Shown here: piece after piece, positions 10,138 through 20,398 of the stretch | Numbering within the stretch: position 1 is the stretch's first letter | Layout: every line of letters begins with the position of its first letter | NCBI GenBank assembly: GCA_009391195.1 | Contig: VEXB01000001.1 | Coordinates: 20,398 to 84,397 of the forward strand | Source of the DNA: SAR202 cluster bacterium AC-647-P02_OGT_505m | Lineage (GTDB): Bacteria > Chloroflexota > Dehalococcoidia > Lucifugimonadales > UBA826 | DNA length: 64,000 bases | Direction of reading: 5' to 3' | Position numbers and translations under genes: made by a program | The notes under the pieces: model-generated | Told to the model about the DNA's origin: nothing | What the model saw: only the letters and a program-made list of their open reading frames with translations | The model's database searches: none

Positions 10138-11718
10138 ATGACAGCAATACTAATAAAGTCCTCCAAGATTTACGATGGGACAGGAGCACCACCTTTCGTT
10201 AGTGACATTCTTATCAAAGACGACAGAATAGAATCAATATCCAATATCGAACCTACTAGTGATCACATAGTAATAGAATCCAATGGACTGGCTGCCTCCC
10301 CAGGATTCATCGATACGCATACTCATTCTGATGGAGCACTTCTCAACGATCCTCAACATGCTCAGTCGCTAAGACAGGGGGTAACCACTGAAATACTGGG
10401 ACAAGACGGCCTATCCTATGCTCCGCTTTCAAAAGACAATTACTTATTAAACCGAAGGTACCTTTCAGGAATATTGGGATTGCCGCCAAAAAATCTTGAC
10501 ATGTCTACGGTCACCGCCTTCAGAAAAAATTACGACAGAAAAGTCTCAATCAACACAGCCTATTGTATTGCGCATGGAGCAATCCGACTTCAAACTGTAG
10601 GTTTTGAAGATAAACCCCTAAGAGATAGCCCACTTGCTAAAGCCAAGGAACTTGTTAGGCGCGGAATGGAAGAAGGAGCAGTCGGGCTTGCCACTGGGAT
10701 GTCCTACTTCCCAAACGCATGGAGTGACACGGAGGAAATAATAGAGCTCTGCTCCGTTGTAAAAGAATTCGATGGAGTTTACGTTACACATCTTCGTGAC
10801 AAAAATATTGATCGAGGGTTCGGCGGAGGAGGTGTTACCGAGGCGCTGGAAATAGCGAAAAGATCCGGAGTGAAATTACATTTTTCCCACTTCAGGACTG
10901 ATGAGAATACTGCGGGAGAAGTTTCCAGTCGCATCGGGGAAATAGACCAAGCGATTTCCGAGGGAGTTGATGTTTCCTTAGAGCTGTATCCTTATCCAAC
11001 CGGCAGCACATTTCCTCTCAGCTTTTTTCCAAGTTATGCTCATGAGGGTGGCTTGGAGGCATTACTTGAAAAGCTTAGGACTCCCAAAGAAAAAAAGCTT
11101 CTAGCGGATTATCTGGATAACGATTATCCTCGTCCTATCAACGACGCGATATTCTCCTATGTACCAAAGACTCCCCAATACGAAGGTATCTCATTGGACC
11201 GCATTGCTAAGGAAAGAGAAGTTTCACTGGGTACGGCAATCTGCGATATTCTTCTGGAAAATGAGGGCCAAGTGGGATACTGGGGTTCACCACCATTAAG
11301 TGTCGCAGTCTGGGAACAAATAAACCAAGATACTATGGAGTTTATGTCACGCCCAGACTACATGATTGGAAGCGACTCTATACCACTGGGTAGTTACCCT
11401 CATCCCAGAGCTTACGGAACATTCCCCCGCGTAGTCGGAAGATTTCAGAGAAAGTACAACGCTATGCCATTAGAACACACTATACAAAGAATAACCGACA
11501 ACCCGGCAAGAAGATTCGGCTTAAAGCAACGAGGAAGGATACAGGAGGGATATTTTGCCGATATTGTCCTTTTCGACCCGGATACTATTAATGACAACGC
11601 CACGTACGACGACCCCAAGCAATTTCCAACGGGAATACCCTTTGTGATCGTAAACGGGGAGATAGCGGTTTCCAACGAGGACTGCACTGGAACCACAACC
11701 GGTAGGGCTATTCCATAG
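10138..11718 (+). CDS. N-acyl-D-amino-acid deacylase (D-aminoacylase) family amidohydrolase
   Basis: 526 aa. SPGFIDTHTHSD metal-binding motif. Overall D-aminoacylase architecture, with the C-terminal ADIVLFDPDTI motif. Confidence 0.8.
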   Translation: MTAILIKSSKIYDGTGAPPFVSDILIKDDRIESISNIEPTSDHIVIESNGLAASPGFIDTHTHSDGALLNDPQHAQSLRQGVTTEILGQDGLSYAPLSKDNYLLNRRYLSGILGLPPKNLDMSTVTAFRKNYDRKVSINTAYCIAHGAIRLQTVGFEDKPLRDSPLAKAKELVRRGMEEGAVGLATGMSYFPNAWSDTEEIIELCSVVKEFDGVYVTHLRDKNIDRGFGGGGVTEALEIAKRSGVKLHFSHFRTDENTAGEVSSRIGEIDQAISEGVDVSLELYPYPTGSTFPLSFFPSYAHEGGLEALLEKLRTPKEKKLLADYLDNDYPRPINDAIFSYVPKTPQYEGISLDRIAKEREVSLGTAICDILLENEGQVGYWGSPPLSVAVWEQINQDTMEFMSRPDYMIGSDSIPLGSYPHPRAYGTFPRVVGRFQRKYNAMPLEHTIQRITDNPARRFGLKQRGRIQEGYFADIVLFDPDTINDNATYDDPKQFPTGIPFVIVNGEIAVSNEDCTGTTTGRAIP

Positions 11719-11727
11719 AATTTAAAA

Positions 11728-12951
11728 CTAATCCAGTATTTTCTCGAAGGATCGCCTTAGTATTGGTCCGACCTCCAGCAATTTATCTTTAGGCGTCCCA
11801 CTAAATGCTAAACGAATGCTATTCTCGTTCTTAACAGGATCCTGAAAAAACAGATTCCCGTCTGGGAAAACTAGCCCACTTTCCCATGCTTTTTCCACTA
11901 GATCAGTTGCATTAACACCCAGAATCTTTAGCCAGAGATAAAATCCCCCGCTTGGTATTTGGTAGTCGATATAATCCGAGCAATACTCATTAAGCGAACT
12001 GCATAGATTTCGACATTTCGCAGCATATAAGCTTCTCATTTCCACTATATGGTCATCATATTCACCGCTCAGAATGAACTGGCTTACTGCATTTTGAATG
12101 AACGGAACATTTCCAAGATCGGATCGAGTTTTATGAAGGGCAGATATAAAACTAGCCGCACCATGGAGCCATCCAAGTCGAAGTCCCGTAGCAATTGTTT
12201 TGCTAAAAGTCCCCATCTGCAACACTCCGACACCGGAGCTGATTGAATAAATGGAACTCGGGGGAGGTGAATCAAAATATAGGCTGGAATAAGTCGTGTC
12301 TTCCAGTACAATAACCTCACGTTCTTGGCAGAAATCAGATATCAATTTGCGGCGAGATAGAGACATCGTTCTTCCAAGAGGATTATGGAAATCCGGAATC
12401 GTATATATAGCTTTTAAAGTTCTGCCATTTGCGGCACAGTCTAAATAAACTTCTTCAATTTCCGCTATAGATGCCCCGTCAGAATCAGATCCTACCTCCC
12501 TAATGATTCCTTCAGACCTTAGAATAGCTCTAACGGTTCCTGGAAAGCTGGGGCCCTCAACTATAACTACGTCACCTTTGTCCACAAATGTCGCACAGAA
12601 TGCCTCCATGCATCCAGAACTACCATTATAAAAAGCAAACTGGTCAGGAGTGGCGGAATGATCGGTAAAGCCATAATCAGGGTCACTCAAAATAGACTTC
12701 AAATCTGGATCACCGCTGCCGTATTCATATTCGAGCGCTTTGGCATCCCCAGATTCAAGAATATCGGATATATGCCTCGCGAAGGCTAGGGATGGCAGCT
12801 TTTCTCTGTCTGGCATACCCACACGTAAATCAATCAAATTTTGGTTATCTGAGGCAACGCCCCACGGTGTACTAGTGGTATCGGAGCCAGCCCCCCTCAG
12901 CTTGGCACCTTGTGAAATAAGACGATTTATTTCGAACTTCTTTTTATTCAT
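11728..12951 (-). CDS. PLP-dependent aminotransferase, class I/II
   Basis: 407 aa. PLP-lysine context TFSKTIATGLRLGW. NPLG motif. Confidence 0.8.
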   Translation of the reverse strand: MNKKKFEINRLISQGAKLRGAGSDTTSTPWGVASDNQNLIDLRVGMPDREKLPSLAFARHISDILESGDAKALEYEYGSGDPDLKSILSDPDYGFTDHSATPDQFAFYNGSSGCMEAFCATFVDKGDVVIVEGPSFPGTVRAILRSEGIIREVGSDSDGASIAEIEEVYLDCAANGRTLKAIYTIPDFHNPLGRTMSLSRRKLISDFCQEREVIVLEDTTYSSLYFDSPPPSSIYSISSGVGVLQMGTFSKTIATGLRLGWLHGAASFISALHKTRSDLGNVPFIQNAVSQFILSGEYDDHIVEMRSLYAAKCRNLCSSLNEYCSDYIDYQIPSGGFYLWLKILGVNATDLVEKAWESGLVFPDGNLFFQDPVKNENSIRLAFSGTPKDKLLEVGPILRRSFEKILD

Positions 12952-13038
12952 AACAAGAAATCATTGTAGCCTAATCAATTCAAATTCTGTTCAACAAGTT
13001 TATAATCTTAAACTACCAATACCAAAGGGAGACTTGAT

Positions 13039-13533
13039 ATGGCTGAAACCAGCAATATTGAATCACGAGTCAAAAATATCCTGCAAGATCTAAAGGTTGA
13101 GTATGAATGGATAGAAGTAGATCCAGAGTTTGCGGACACTTCACAGTTTTGCGAAAAGTATGGGTTCAAAATGGAAGAATCTGGAAATACCATAATAGTC
13201 GCCTCTAAAAGAGGTGAGAAGAAATTTTCAGGATGTATTGTTCTCGGCACCGATAGACTTGATGTTAATAAAAAAGTTAAAAGCTTGATGGGTGTTTCCC
13301 GTTTATCTTTCGCTAACGCAGAGGACACGATACAACTGACTGGGATGATGATTGGGGGAGTCACGCCTTTTGCATTGCCAATAGATCTCCCCATATACAT
13401 AGACCATAAAATTATGAGTTTGGAGAAATTGATAGTGGGCGGAGGCAGTCGGTCAGGGAAAATATTGATCCACCCTGATGAACTGCTTAAAATTTCCTCA
13501 GTTCAGGTAATAGAAGATCTATCTTTGAGTTAG
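13039..13533 (+). CDS. YbaK/ProX-like aminoacyl-tRNA deacylase domain protein
   Basis: 164 aa. Typical GGVTPFA motif and the length of stand-alone YbaK/EbsC editing domains. Confidence 0.7.
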   Translation: MAETSNIESRVKNILQDLKVEYEWIEVDPEFADTSQFCEKYGFKMEESGNTIIVASKRGEKKFSGCIVLGTDRLDVNKKVKSLMGVSRLSFANAEDTIQLTGMMIGGVTPFALPIDLPIYIDHKIMSLEKLIVGGGSRSGKILIHPDELLKISSVQVIEDLSLS

Positions 13534-13544
13534 GGGGATACATA

Positions 13545-14198
13545 TCACTCACCCCAATTTACAACAAAGCTGCGTTGAGCCTCATTCTCAGGGGATTTTC
13601 TAAAATCTCCAGCAACCCCTTTCCTCATTTCAGGAATCCTGTTGAGTGCTTTTTCACCAACCAGACCGTGCCGGGATAAAAGACAACCCACAACAATGCC
13701 CGTCCTACCCAATCCTCTGAAACAATGAATATAAACAGATCTCCCCTCGAAAACTTCGGAATCTATAAGATCCAGTATTTCCTTCATTTGTTCTAGAGTG
13801 GTCACATTTTTATCTGGGATTGGAAAACGATAATATTCCGACCTGCGAGAACGTTTACGCCTCTGCCTATGCAAATACATGTTGTATGGTGGGCGCTCCC
13901 CTGACTCTGTAAGATCAATAAACGTATCAACACCAGAATCCATCAGTTGTCCGATTTTCCAGTCTGGAGAGTTGCGGGCAGTAAATCTACTTTTTAACAA
14001 TGCGATAACAGAATGAACAACAGAGGTGATGAAAGTCGAGGGTTTTTTTGAAAACTGATTACCTGGATACTCCCCTGCAGCTATCTTCCCCTTTAGTACC
14101 CAGTATGAAAAAGGATTTATAGTATCCGATGTACGCTCTCTGGCACTATCGAAAAGATCATCAACATATTTAGACGCCGATTTTGATTTGGAAGACAT
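13545..14198 (-). CDS. Cys-based protein phosphatase (dual-specificity / PTP family)
   Basis: HCX5R(S/T) signature VYIHCFRGLGRTG. About 100 aa of N-terminal extension with no recognised domain. Confidence 0.7.
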   Translation of the reverse strand: MSSKSKSASKYVDDLFDSARERTSDTINPFSYWVLKGKIAAGEYPGNQFSKKPSTFITSVVHSVIALLKSRFTARNSPDWKIGQLMDSGVDTFIDLTESGERPPYNMYLHRQRRKRSRRSEYYRFPIPDKNVTTLEQMKEILDLIDSEVFEGRSVYIHCFRGLGRTGIVVGCLLSRHGLVGEKALNRIPEMRKGVAGDFRKSPENEAQRSFVVNWGE

Positions 14199-14244
14199 GA
14201 CATTACGATAACATTATCTTGAAAAAATCTACCAGAGGAATGCA

Positions 14245-14793
14245 GTGAACGAAGATAAAGAAAAAAATCTAGTCTGGATAGACTTAGAAATGACGGGCCT
14301 TGAGGACGAACACGTAATAATAGAAATCGCCTCCTTGGTAACAGATTCTCATTTGGATGAGTTAGCGGAAGGTCCTGTGATAGCAGTGAGTAGAACGAAA
14401 GCAGAAATGGATGGAATCAATGAATGGTCCCTTGAACAACATACAAAGTCAGGACTCCTAAAGAGATGTGAAGCATCTACAATTGACATATCTTCTGCAG
14501 AAAAACAAACCATCGATTTTTTAGAATCATGGACAGTTCCTGGAAACTCCCCTATCTGTGGTAATTCCATAGCAACAGACAGAAGATTCATTCGTAAAGA
14601 AATGCCTTTGTTGGACCAATATCTTCACTATCGAATGATTGATGTCTCCACAGTGAAAGAGCTTGTTGAACGTTGGTATCCAGATTTGCAGTCCCCGGCC
14701 AAAAAGGGGCAACACCTTGCGTTAGTTGATATAAGGGAAAGCATCTCAGAATTGCAATGGTACAAAGACCACGTATTTAAGTCTGGTAAATGA
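14245..14793 (+). CDS. orn: oligoribonuclease
   Basis: 182 aa. DEDDh exonuclease motifs LVWIDLEMTGL and HLALVDI. GTG start preceded by AGAGGAA. Confidence 0.9.
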   Translation: MNEDKEKNLVWIDLEMTGLEDEHVIIEIASLVTDSHLDELAEGPVIAVSRTKAEMDGINEWSLEQHTKSGLLKRCEASTIDISSAEKQTIDFLESWTVPGNSPICGNSIATDRRFIRKEMPLLDQYLHYRMIDVSTVKELVERWYPDLQSPAKKGQHLALVDIRESISELQWYKDHVFKSGK

Positions 14794-14801
14794 TATAGAA
14801 C

Positions 14802-16235
14802 ATGGGAAACAGCGAAGATTCAAGATCCGCAATCAGAAAATTATGGAAATTCAGTGACCTTGAAGACTCTTATTTGGACAAAATTTCACTTACCGGTTCA
14901 GAACCTATCTTGCCTTCCGTATATAAAACAGGTGTGGCCTCCCAATCATCCATAACTGTAGCAGCTATGGCCGCAGCTAAAATCTGGGAATCAAGGACTG
15001 GAGAAGCCCAAAACGTTTCAGTTGATATGAAACACGCAGCCATAGCATTCAGAAGTGAACGATACCTAGATTACGAAAGCTCTAAGTACGGTTCAGGTTC
15101 TCATTCTGGAATGAGAAATCATCCCGACTCAATACACGGCTTCTATGTTTGTGGAGATGGCGGATGGCTCCAAATTCATGCTAACTACCCCGCACACAGA
15201 AGCGGTGTGTTAGAAGCGTTAGACTCTGAGGCTTCTGCAGCTGGTGTTCAAAAAGTTTTAATGAACATGAAGGCACTTGATGCTGAGGAATATCTTAGTA
15301 AAAAAGGTCTTCCAGTCGGAATGATGAGAACTCTTAATGAATGGGATCACCATCCACAAGGAATCTCAGTATCCAATCTCCCCATCTTAGAAATAGAAAA
15401 AATTGGAGACTCAAAAAAACTTAACTTCACGAACGATCCAGCTAGGCCTCTAGAAGGGGTGAAAGTACTGGAACTCACAAAAGTATTGGCTGGTCCATTA
15501 ATGGGTAGAACTCTCGCTGAGCACGGAGCTGAAATATTATGGCTTAACGATCCCCATCTAGACGTGATAGACGGTCTGGTCATAGACATGTCGAGAGGCA
15601 AGCGTCCTGCTCACCTTGATCTAAATAATGAAAAAGACCGAAAACATTTCATCAATTTAACTAGAACAACTGACATATTTATCCAGGGATACCGTCCCGG
15701 TAGCCTTGGAGTCAAAGGGTTTTCCCCGGAACGTATGGCCGAGATAAGACCAGGAATAATATGCGTGGAACTCTCCGCATTTAGTCATTTAGGTCCATGG
15801 TCAAATAAGCGAGGTTTCGACAGTATCATCCAGACAGTTAGTGGAATTGGCAGGGAAGGTGGGAAGGCAGCTGGAGAGGAGGGCATGATACATATGCCCT
15901 GCCAAGCATTGGATCATGCAACTGGCTATTTGGGTGCTTTTGGAGCGATGATTGCCCTACTGAGACAAAGAAGTGAAGGTGGAAGCTGGCTTGTTAGAGT
16001 GTCGTTGGCTCAGACAAGTCAATGGCTCAAGTCACTGGGAAGGCTAGATCAGGTAGATTCAAAGGACATACCCGATACGGAAGTAAACGACTACTTGCAA
16101 AAAACAGTCTCTCCGTACGGTAGGGTTTCCTTCACCAAACCAGCGGCCCAGCTGTCTAAAACTCCTGCTTATTGGTCTTTACCACCATCTCCATTCGGCA
16201 CATTTGAACCAAGTTGGCAACAATGGGGTGAATAA
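14802..16235 (+). CDS. family III CoA-transferase (CaiB/BaiF family), long form
   Basis: VKVLELTKVLAGPLMGRTLAEHGAEILWLNDP motif, preceded by an N-terminal extension of about 210 aa. Confidence 0.8.
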   Translation: MGNSEDSRSAIRKLWKFSDLEDSYLDKISLTGSEPILPSVYKTGVASQSSITVAAMAAAKIWESRTGEAQNVSVDMKHAAIAFRSERYLDYESSKYGSGSHSGMRNHPDSIHGFYVCGDGGWLQIHANYPAHRSGVLEALDSEASAAGVQKVLMNMKALDAEEYLSKKGLPVGMMRTLNEWDHHPQGISVSNLPILEIEKIGDSKKLNFTNDPARPLEGVKVLELTKVLAGPLMGRTLAEHGAEILWLNDPHLDVIDGLVIDMSRGKRPAHLDLNNEKDRKHFINLTRTTDIFIQGYRPGSLGVKGFSPERMAEIRPGIICVELSAFSHLGPWSNKRGFDSIIQTVSGIGREGGKAAGEEGMIHMPCQALDHATGYLGAFGAMIALLRQRSEGGSWLVRVSLAQTSQWLKSLGRLDQVDSKDIPDTEVNDYLQKTVSPYGRVSFTKPAAQLSKTPAYWSLPPSPFGTFEPSWQQWGE

Positions 16236-16254
16236 CAGCTAAGCTTAGCTGTTA
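16233..16254. other. perfect 22-nt palindrome overlapping the stop codon of the CoA-transferase gene
   Basis: TAACAGCTAAGCTTAGCTGTTA is self-complementary over its full length. It begins with the TAA stop at 16233..16235. No T-run follows. Confidence 0.5.
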
Positions 16255-16299
16255 TCATCACTTACCTTCATTCTCTATTTTTAAAGGCGCAAAAATTAA

Positions 16300-17997
16300 A
16301 TGAATAAAGATGTAGACATATCAGGGGATTTCATCAGAGATATTGTCAAAGAAGATCTCGAATCGGGAAAACACGCCTCAATCGTGACTAGGTTTCCTCC
16401 TGAACCAAATGGGTTTTTACATATAGGCCATGCCACATCTATCTGCCTGAATTTTGGAATAGCCGCTGAGAATGAAGGCAGTAAGTGTAACCTTCGTTTT
16501 GACGATACAAATCCGTCTAGGGAAAATCAAAATTTCGTAGATTCCATCAAAAAAGACATAGAGTGGCTCGGATTCAAATGGGCTGGAGAAACTCTATATG
16601 CCTCAGATTATTTTGAACAATTATATGATTTTGCATTAACACTCATTAAAGATGGAAAAGCCTACGTTGACAGCCGATCTCAAGATCAAATTAGATCTAC
16701 AAGAGGAACACTCACAGAGCCAGGACAAAATAGCCCGCATAGAGATCGGACCCCAGAAGAAAACCTCAGCCTTCTAAAAAAAATGCGGGAAGGAGTCCTA
16801 GAGGAAGGGTCTCACGTTCTACGAGCAAAAATAGACATGACTTCCCCGAATATGAACATGAGGGATCCTGTTATGTACAGAATACTCAAAACTCCTCACC
16901 ATCAAACCGGAACAGAATGGCCAATTTACCCTATGTATGATTTTGCGCATGGGCTGTCTGACTCAATAGAAAACGTCACTCATTCGCTATGTACTATGGA
17001 ATACGAAGACCACAGACCACTATACGAATGGTTTTTGAATGAGTTAAAGGTATTCCCATCCAGACAAATAGAGTTTGGGAAGGTTTTATTAAGTCACACC
17101 ATCTTAAGCAAACGTAATTTATTGAAACTAGTGGAAGCCAACCATGTCGAGGGATGGGACGACCCCAGAATGCCGACAATTTCAGGTATGAGAAGGCTTG
17201 GATACACACCATCATCTATAAAAGACTTCTGTAAAAGAATCGGTATGTCCAGGCGTTCGAACGTAGCAGACATAGCTTTACTTGAACACTGCCTTAGAGA
17301 CGATCTTAACAACATTTCACAACGCCGAATGGCAGTGATTAATCCTCTAAAAGTCACCATAGAAAATTATTCAGAACACACTGACGATCTCCTCCCAGCG
17401 CTTAATCACCCAGGGGATGAAACCCTTGGTTCCCGGGAGATTCCTTTCTCCAGAGAGTTATATATTGAGCGCGATGACTTTATGGAAAATCCACCACGCA
17501 AATTCTTTAGATTATCTCCCGGTACAGAAGTACGACTTAGGTACGGATTCTTTATAAAATGTAAGGATGTCATCAAAGATTCAGAAACCGGTGAAGTAAC
17601 GGAAGTGGTATGTACTTATGATCCTAAGACAAAAGGCGGTTCTGCCCCCGACGGTAGGAAGGTAAAAGCGACGATTCACTGGGTAAGCGCAAAACACGCA
17701 ATACAATCAGAAGTCAGACTGTATGACAGATTATGCCTTGACCCAAATCCTGATCTGGGTGATGAAGACAACTTGTCGTCCGTCTTGAACCCAAATTCCC
17801 TAAAAATAATAAGCAATGCAATGCTAGAACCATCACTAAAAAATGTCTCAAAAGGCGATACTTTCCAGTTCGAAAGACTCGGATATTTCTGCGCTGACTC
17901 CAGAAACCATGCCCCAGAAAAACCAGTATTTAATAGAACCGTCACGCTGCGAGATACTTGGGCAAGAATTCAGAAATCTCAAAAGAAACCCGACTAG
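16300..17997 (+). CDS. glnS: glutaminyl-tRNA synthetase
   Basis: RFPPEPNGFLHIGHA (HIGH motif), ILSKR (KMSKS variant), and a GlnRS-type C-terminal anticodon-binding domain. 565 aa. Confidence 0.92.
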   Translation: MNKDVDISGDFIRDIVKEDLESGKHASIVTRFPPEPNGFLHIGHATSICLNFGIAAENEGSKCNLRFDDTNPSRENQNFVDSIKKDIEWLGFKWAGETLYASDYFEQLYDFALTLIKDGKAYVDSRSQDQIRSTRGTLTEPGQNSPHRDRTPEENLSLLKKMREGVLEEGSHVLRAKIDMTSPNMNMRDPVMYRILKTPHHQTGTEWPIYPMYDFAHGLSDSIENVTHSLCTMEYEDHRPLYEWFLNELKVFPSRQIEFGKVLLSHTILSKRNLLKLVEANHVEGWDDPRMPTISGMRRLGYTPSSIKDFCKRIGMSRRSNVADIALLEHCLRDDLNNISQRRMAVINPLKVTIENYSEHTDDLLPALNHPGDETLGSREIPFSRELYIERDDFMENPPRKFFRLSPGTEVRLRYGFFIKCKDVIKDSETGEVTEVVCTYDPKTKGGSAPDGRKVKATIHWVSAKHAIQSEVRLYDRLCLDPNPDLGDEDNLSSVLNPNSLKIISNAMLEPSLKNVSKGDTFQFERLGYFCADSRNHAPEKPVFNRTVTLRDTWARIQKSQKKPD

Positions 17998-18036
17998 TTT
18001 TGCTGTAATAAGTTCAACGTACTTCTTCGCCAGCCC

Positions 18037-19350
18037 TCAATTCTGAGGTTTTCTTGCAGACAAAAACCCTAAACTTCCAACAATAGATATCGCCGATAAT
18101 ATGTAAAACGCCATGTTATAGCTTCCCTGTACATCAAACATCCATCCTGCAAAAATCGGCGCCGCAAACATCATTACCGACATAGGCACCATAGAGATTC
18201 CAAGAACCTTCCCAAATGCCCGCCTACCAAAATATTCCCCTCTAATTGCAGTCCCTAATGGAATCCGCGCGCCAAATCCCAGTCCGTAAATCACTATGAA
18301 TATCGGCGCCAAATAAATTTCTGTTAGGAAAGTAGCAAAAATAACTCCTACTGCCTGGAGTAAGCCGAACACACATAACGCAACGTTTTTGGGAACTCTA
18401 TCTCCAAGCCAGCCACCAAAAATCTGTGCAGCGCCTGAAAATCCCATCGTAGCACCCCAAATCCACGCTCCAGTTTGTACTGGTATTCCCAAATCTCTGA
18501 GAGAAATGATGAAATGCACCGTCATCGTACCAATAAGCATCGAAGAACTGGCGTTACATATAGAAAGTGTCCAAAATACAGGGATTTGGAGAAGCTCAAC
18601 GACGCCATAGTTTTTACCAGGGTCTGCGGGTTCAGTATCACTCTTTGCAATTGTGTCGGAAATCGCGGCAGAATTTTTATCCAAGTGACCTTTATTAATT
18701 TTTCTTCCGTCGGGCACTTCTCCAAATTCTTCAGGAGCATTACGTATAAATCTTGAGACCGGATAGGCCATAATCACAAACAATAACCCCAATCCCATTG
18801 CAGTGAATCTCCAACCCACATTATCCGGAACCACCATCCATGCCAGCAAAGGAACCAGGATAAAACTCCCCATAGAAAATCCAATGCCGCCAAAGCCCAT
18901 CGCAAGACTTCGTTTCTTATCAAACCAGTTGTTGATGACGGTCATCATTGGCAACCAACCACCGCCAGACGCACCAAGCATGATCACTGCGTAAGCCAAA
19001 TAGAACATCCATAATGCACTGGTCTGGCTGAGTATCAAAAATCCAACCCCTATGATGGTCACGCCTGTCGCCACCACCTTCCGAGGACCAATCTTATCCA
19101 CTAGAATTCCAACTACTGGTCCTACTATGCTGCCCTCCAACGTACCTAGTGAGAAGGCTAAGGCAAGCTGAGTTCTACTCCATCCAAAATCGGTTTCCAA
19201 AGCATCTATCCATACACCAACCCCACCAAATACTGGCGACCCGGTAACTGCATTGAGAAAAAGGGTGAGAATTACCAACCACCATCCATAAAACAATGAA
19301 AGGCGCCAAGAGAAAAACGTGCCAAGTTTAAGTCTTGAAAAAGATCCCAT
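18037..19350 (-). CDS. MFS transporter (oxalate/formate antiporter-like)
   Basis: Motif A-like GILVDKIGPRKV with a 12-TM profile. The ORF opens at TTG 19440, but ATG 19350 (MGSFSRLK) is more plausible. Confidence 0.8.
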   Translation of the reverse strand: MGSFSRLKLGTFFSWRLSLFYGWWLVILTLFLNAVTGSPVFGGVGVWIDALETDFGWSRTQLALAFSLGTLEGSIVGPVVGILVDKIGPRKVVATGVTIIGVGFLILSQTSALWMFYLAYAVIMLGASGGGWLPMMTVINNWFDKKRSLAMGFGGIGFSMGSFILVPLLAWMVVPDNVGWRFTAMGLGLLFVIMAYPVSRFIRNAPEEFGEVPDGRKINKGHLDKNSAAISDTIAKSDTEPADPGKNYGVVELLQIPVFWTLSICNASSSMLIGTMTVHFIISLRDLGIPVQTGAWIWGATMGFSGAAQIFGGWLGDRVPKNVALCVFGLLQAVGVIFATFLTEIYLAPIFIVIYGLGFGARIPLGTAIRGEYFGRRAFGKVLGISMVPMSVMMFAAPIFAGWMFDVQGSYNMAFYILSAISIVGSLGFLSARKPQN

Positions 19351-19546
19351 TAGTGAATAGTTTGCCTTTCGATAAAAATAACTATCGGAAAAATCAATCC
19401 TTCGACTTTTGCACTTACGTGTTAACAGCCAAAAGACCAATTCATATTCATGAATTATAAAACAGTAAATAGAATATATACGAACTAAACACTTTTAGTC
19501 ACCAATATTCGATCTAAATGAGAAGGGATTTACCTGTTTTACGCAG

Positions 19547-20398
19547 TCACCTTGAGGGTGCGGTTTCAGGCTCTCTTATGTAAGGCACAAGTCTAGGTGG
19601 ATCAAACTGAGGTTCTCCCTTAATGTCTTCAATGAGTTCAAATGCCTTTAGAACCACATCATGTTCGCCCTCCAAAGCCAACATAACAGCTCCCTCCGAG
19701 CCCGCTACGCCGCCCGAACCTACATGCACAGCTGTAACTCCTGTAAGAAGTTCAATCGCCTGTACTTCAGTTACAACCAAAGCGTTTACGACAGGCATAA
19801 ATCCAGCGGACTGTCCCATGGTGTAATCCCAAAGATGATTTCCGCAATGTCTTGCAGCTTCTATTACTGAAGGAATTAAACGTTCTAGGCTTACAGGAGC
19901 GACCCAGTGAGCGCCTCTAGCGGTTATGGTAGGCCATATCCCGCCTACCGTACCTCCAGCTTTATCCGCTGCAAAAACCCCAATGTTTCCATCAGGGTCA
20001 ACTGCGTTTGCCCCCTTCACGGATACGTCGTATGCCGTGAATTGATCAAGCACTACAGGAGCGGGAGTTTCATCCAGATTCCCATTCTTGAACACCCATG
20101 GCCCTAACCTATCGTCTTCCAAAACACTTGCCATTCGTCCTTCAGTGACAATACCAGCGGTACAGTTTGCAGTGTCATAGCCTTGTCCAGTCAATTCCTC
20201 CAAGATATAGGATGGTGTAATCCCTCTAGAAACTACAAACCAGCCATTTTCTAAAACCCGTTTGACCTCAGGCAAGGCCAACACTCCACGAGCAATTAGT
20301 CTTTTCCCTTCTCTTGGAAGAATGTTAACCAGGGCATGTGTTCTGTCGTCTCGCACTACTGGGACGGGTGCCTTGTAAGGTGTTGTGTCGTAATACAT
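19547..20398 (-). CDS. conserved hypothetical protein; weak resemblance to LUD (LutC/YkgG, DUF162) domain proteins
   Basis: 283 aa. The segment VKGANAVDPDGNIGVFAADKAGG...VAPVSLERLIPSV recalls the G-A-N-A-I..DG.. core of LUD domains. The call is tentative. Confidence 0.5.
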   Translation of the reverse strand: MYYDTTPYKAPVPVVRDDRTHALVNILPREGKRLIARGVLALPEVKRVLENGWFVVSRGITPSYILEELTGQGYDTANCTAGIVTEGRMASVLEDDRLGPWVFKNGNLDETPAPVVLDQFTAYDVSVKGANAVDPDGNIGVFAADKAGGTVGGIWPTITARGAHWVAPVSLERLIPSVIEAARHCGNHLWDYTMGQSAGFMPVVNALVVTEVQAIELLTGVTAVHVGSGGVAGSEGAVMLALEGEHDVVLKAFELIEDIKGEPQFDPPRLVPYIREPETAPSR

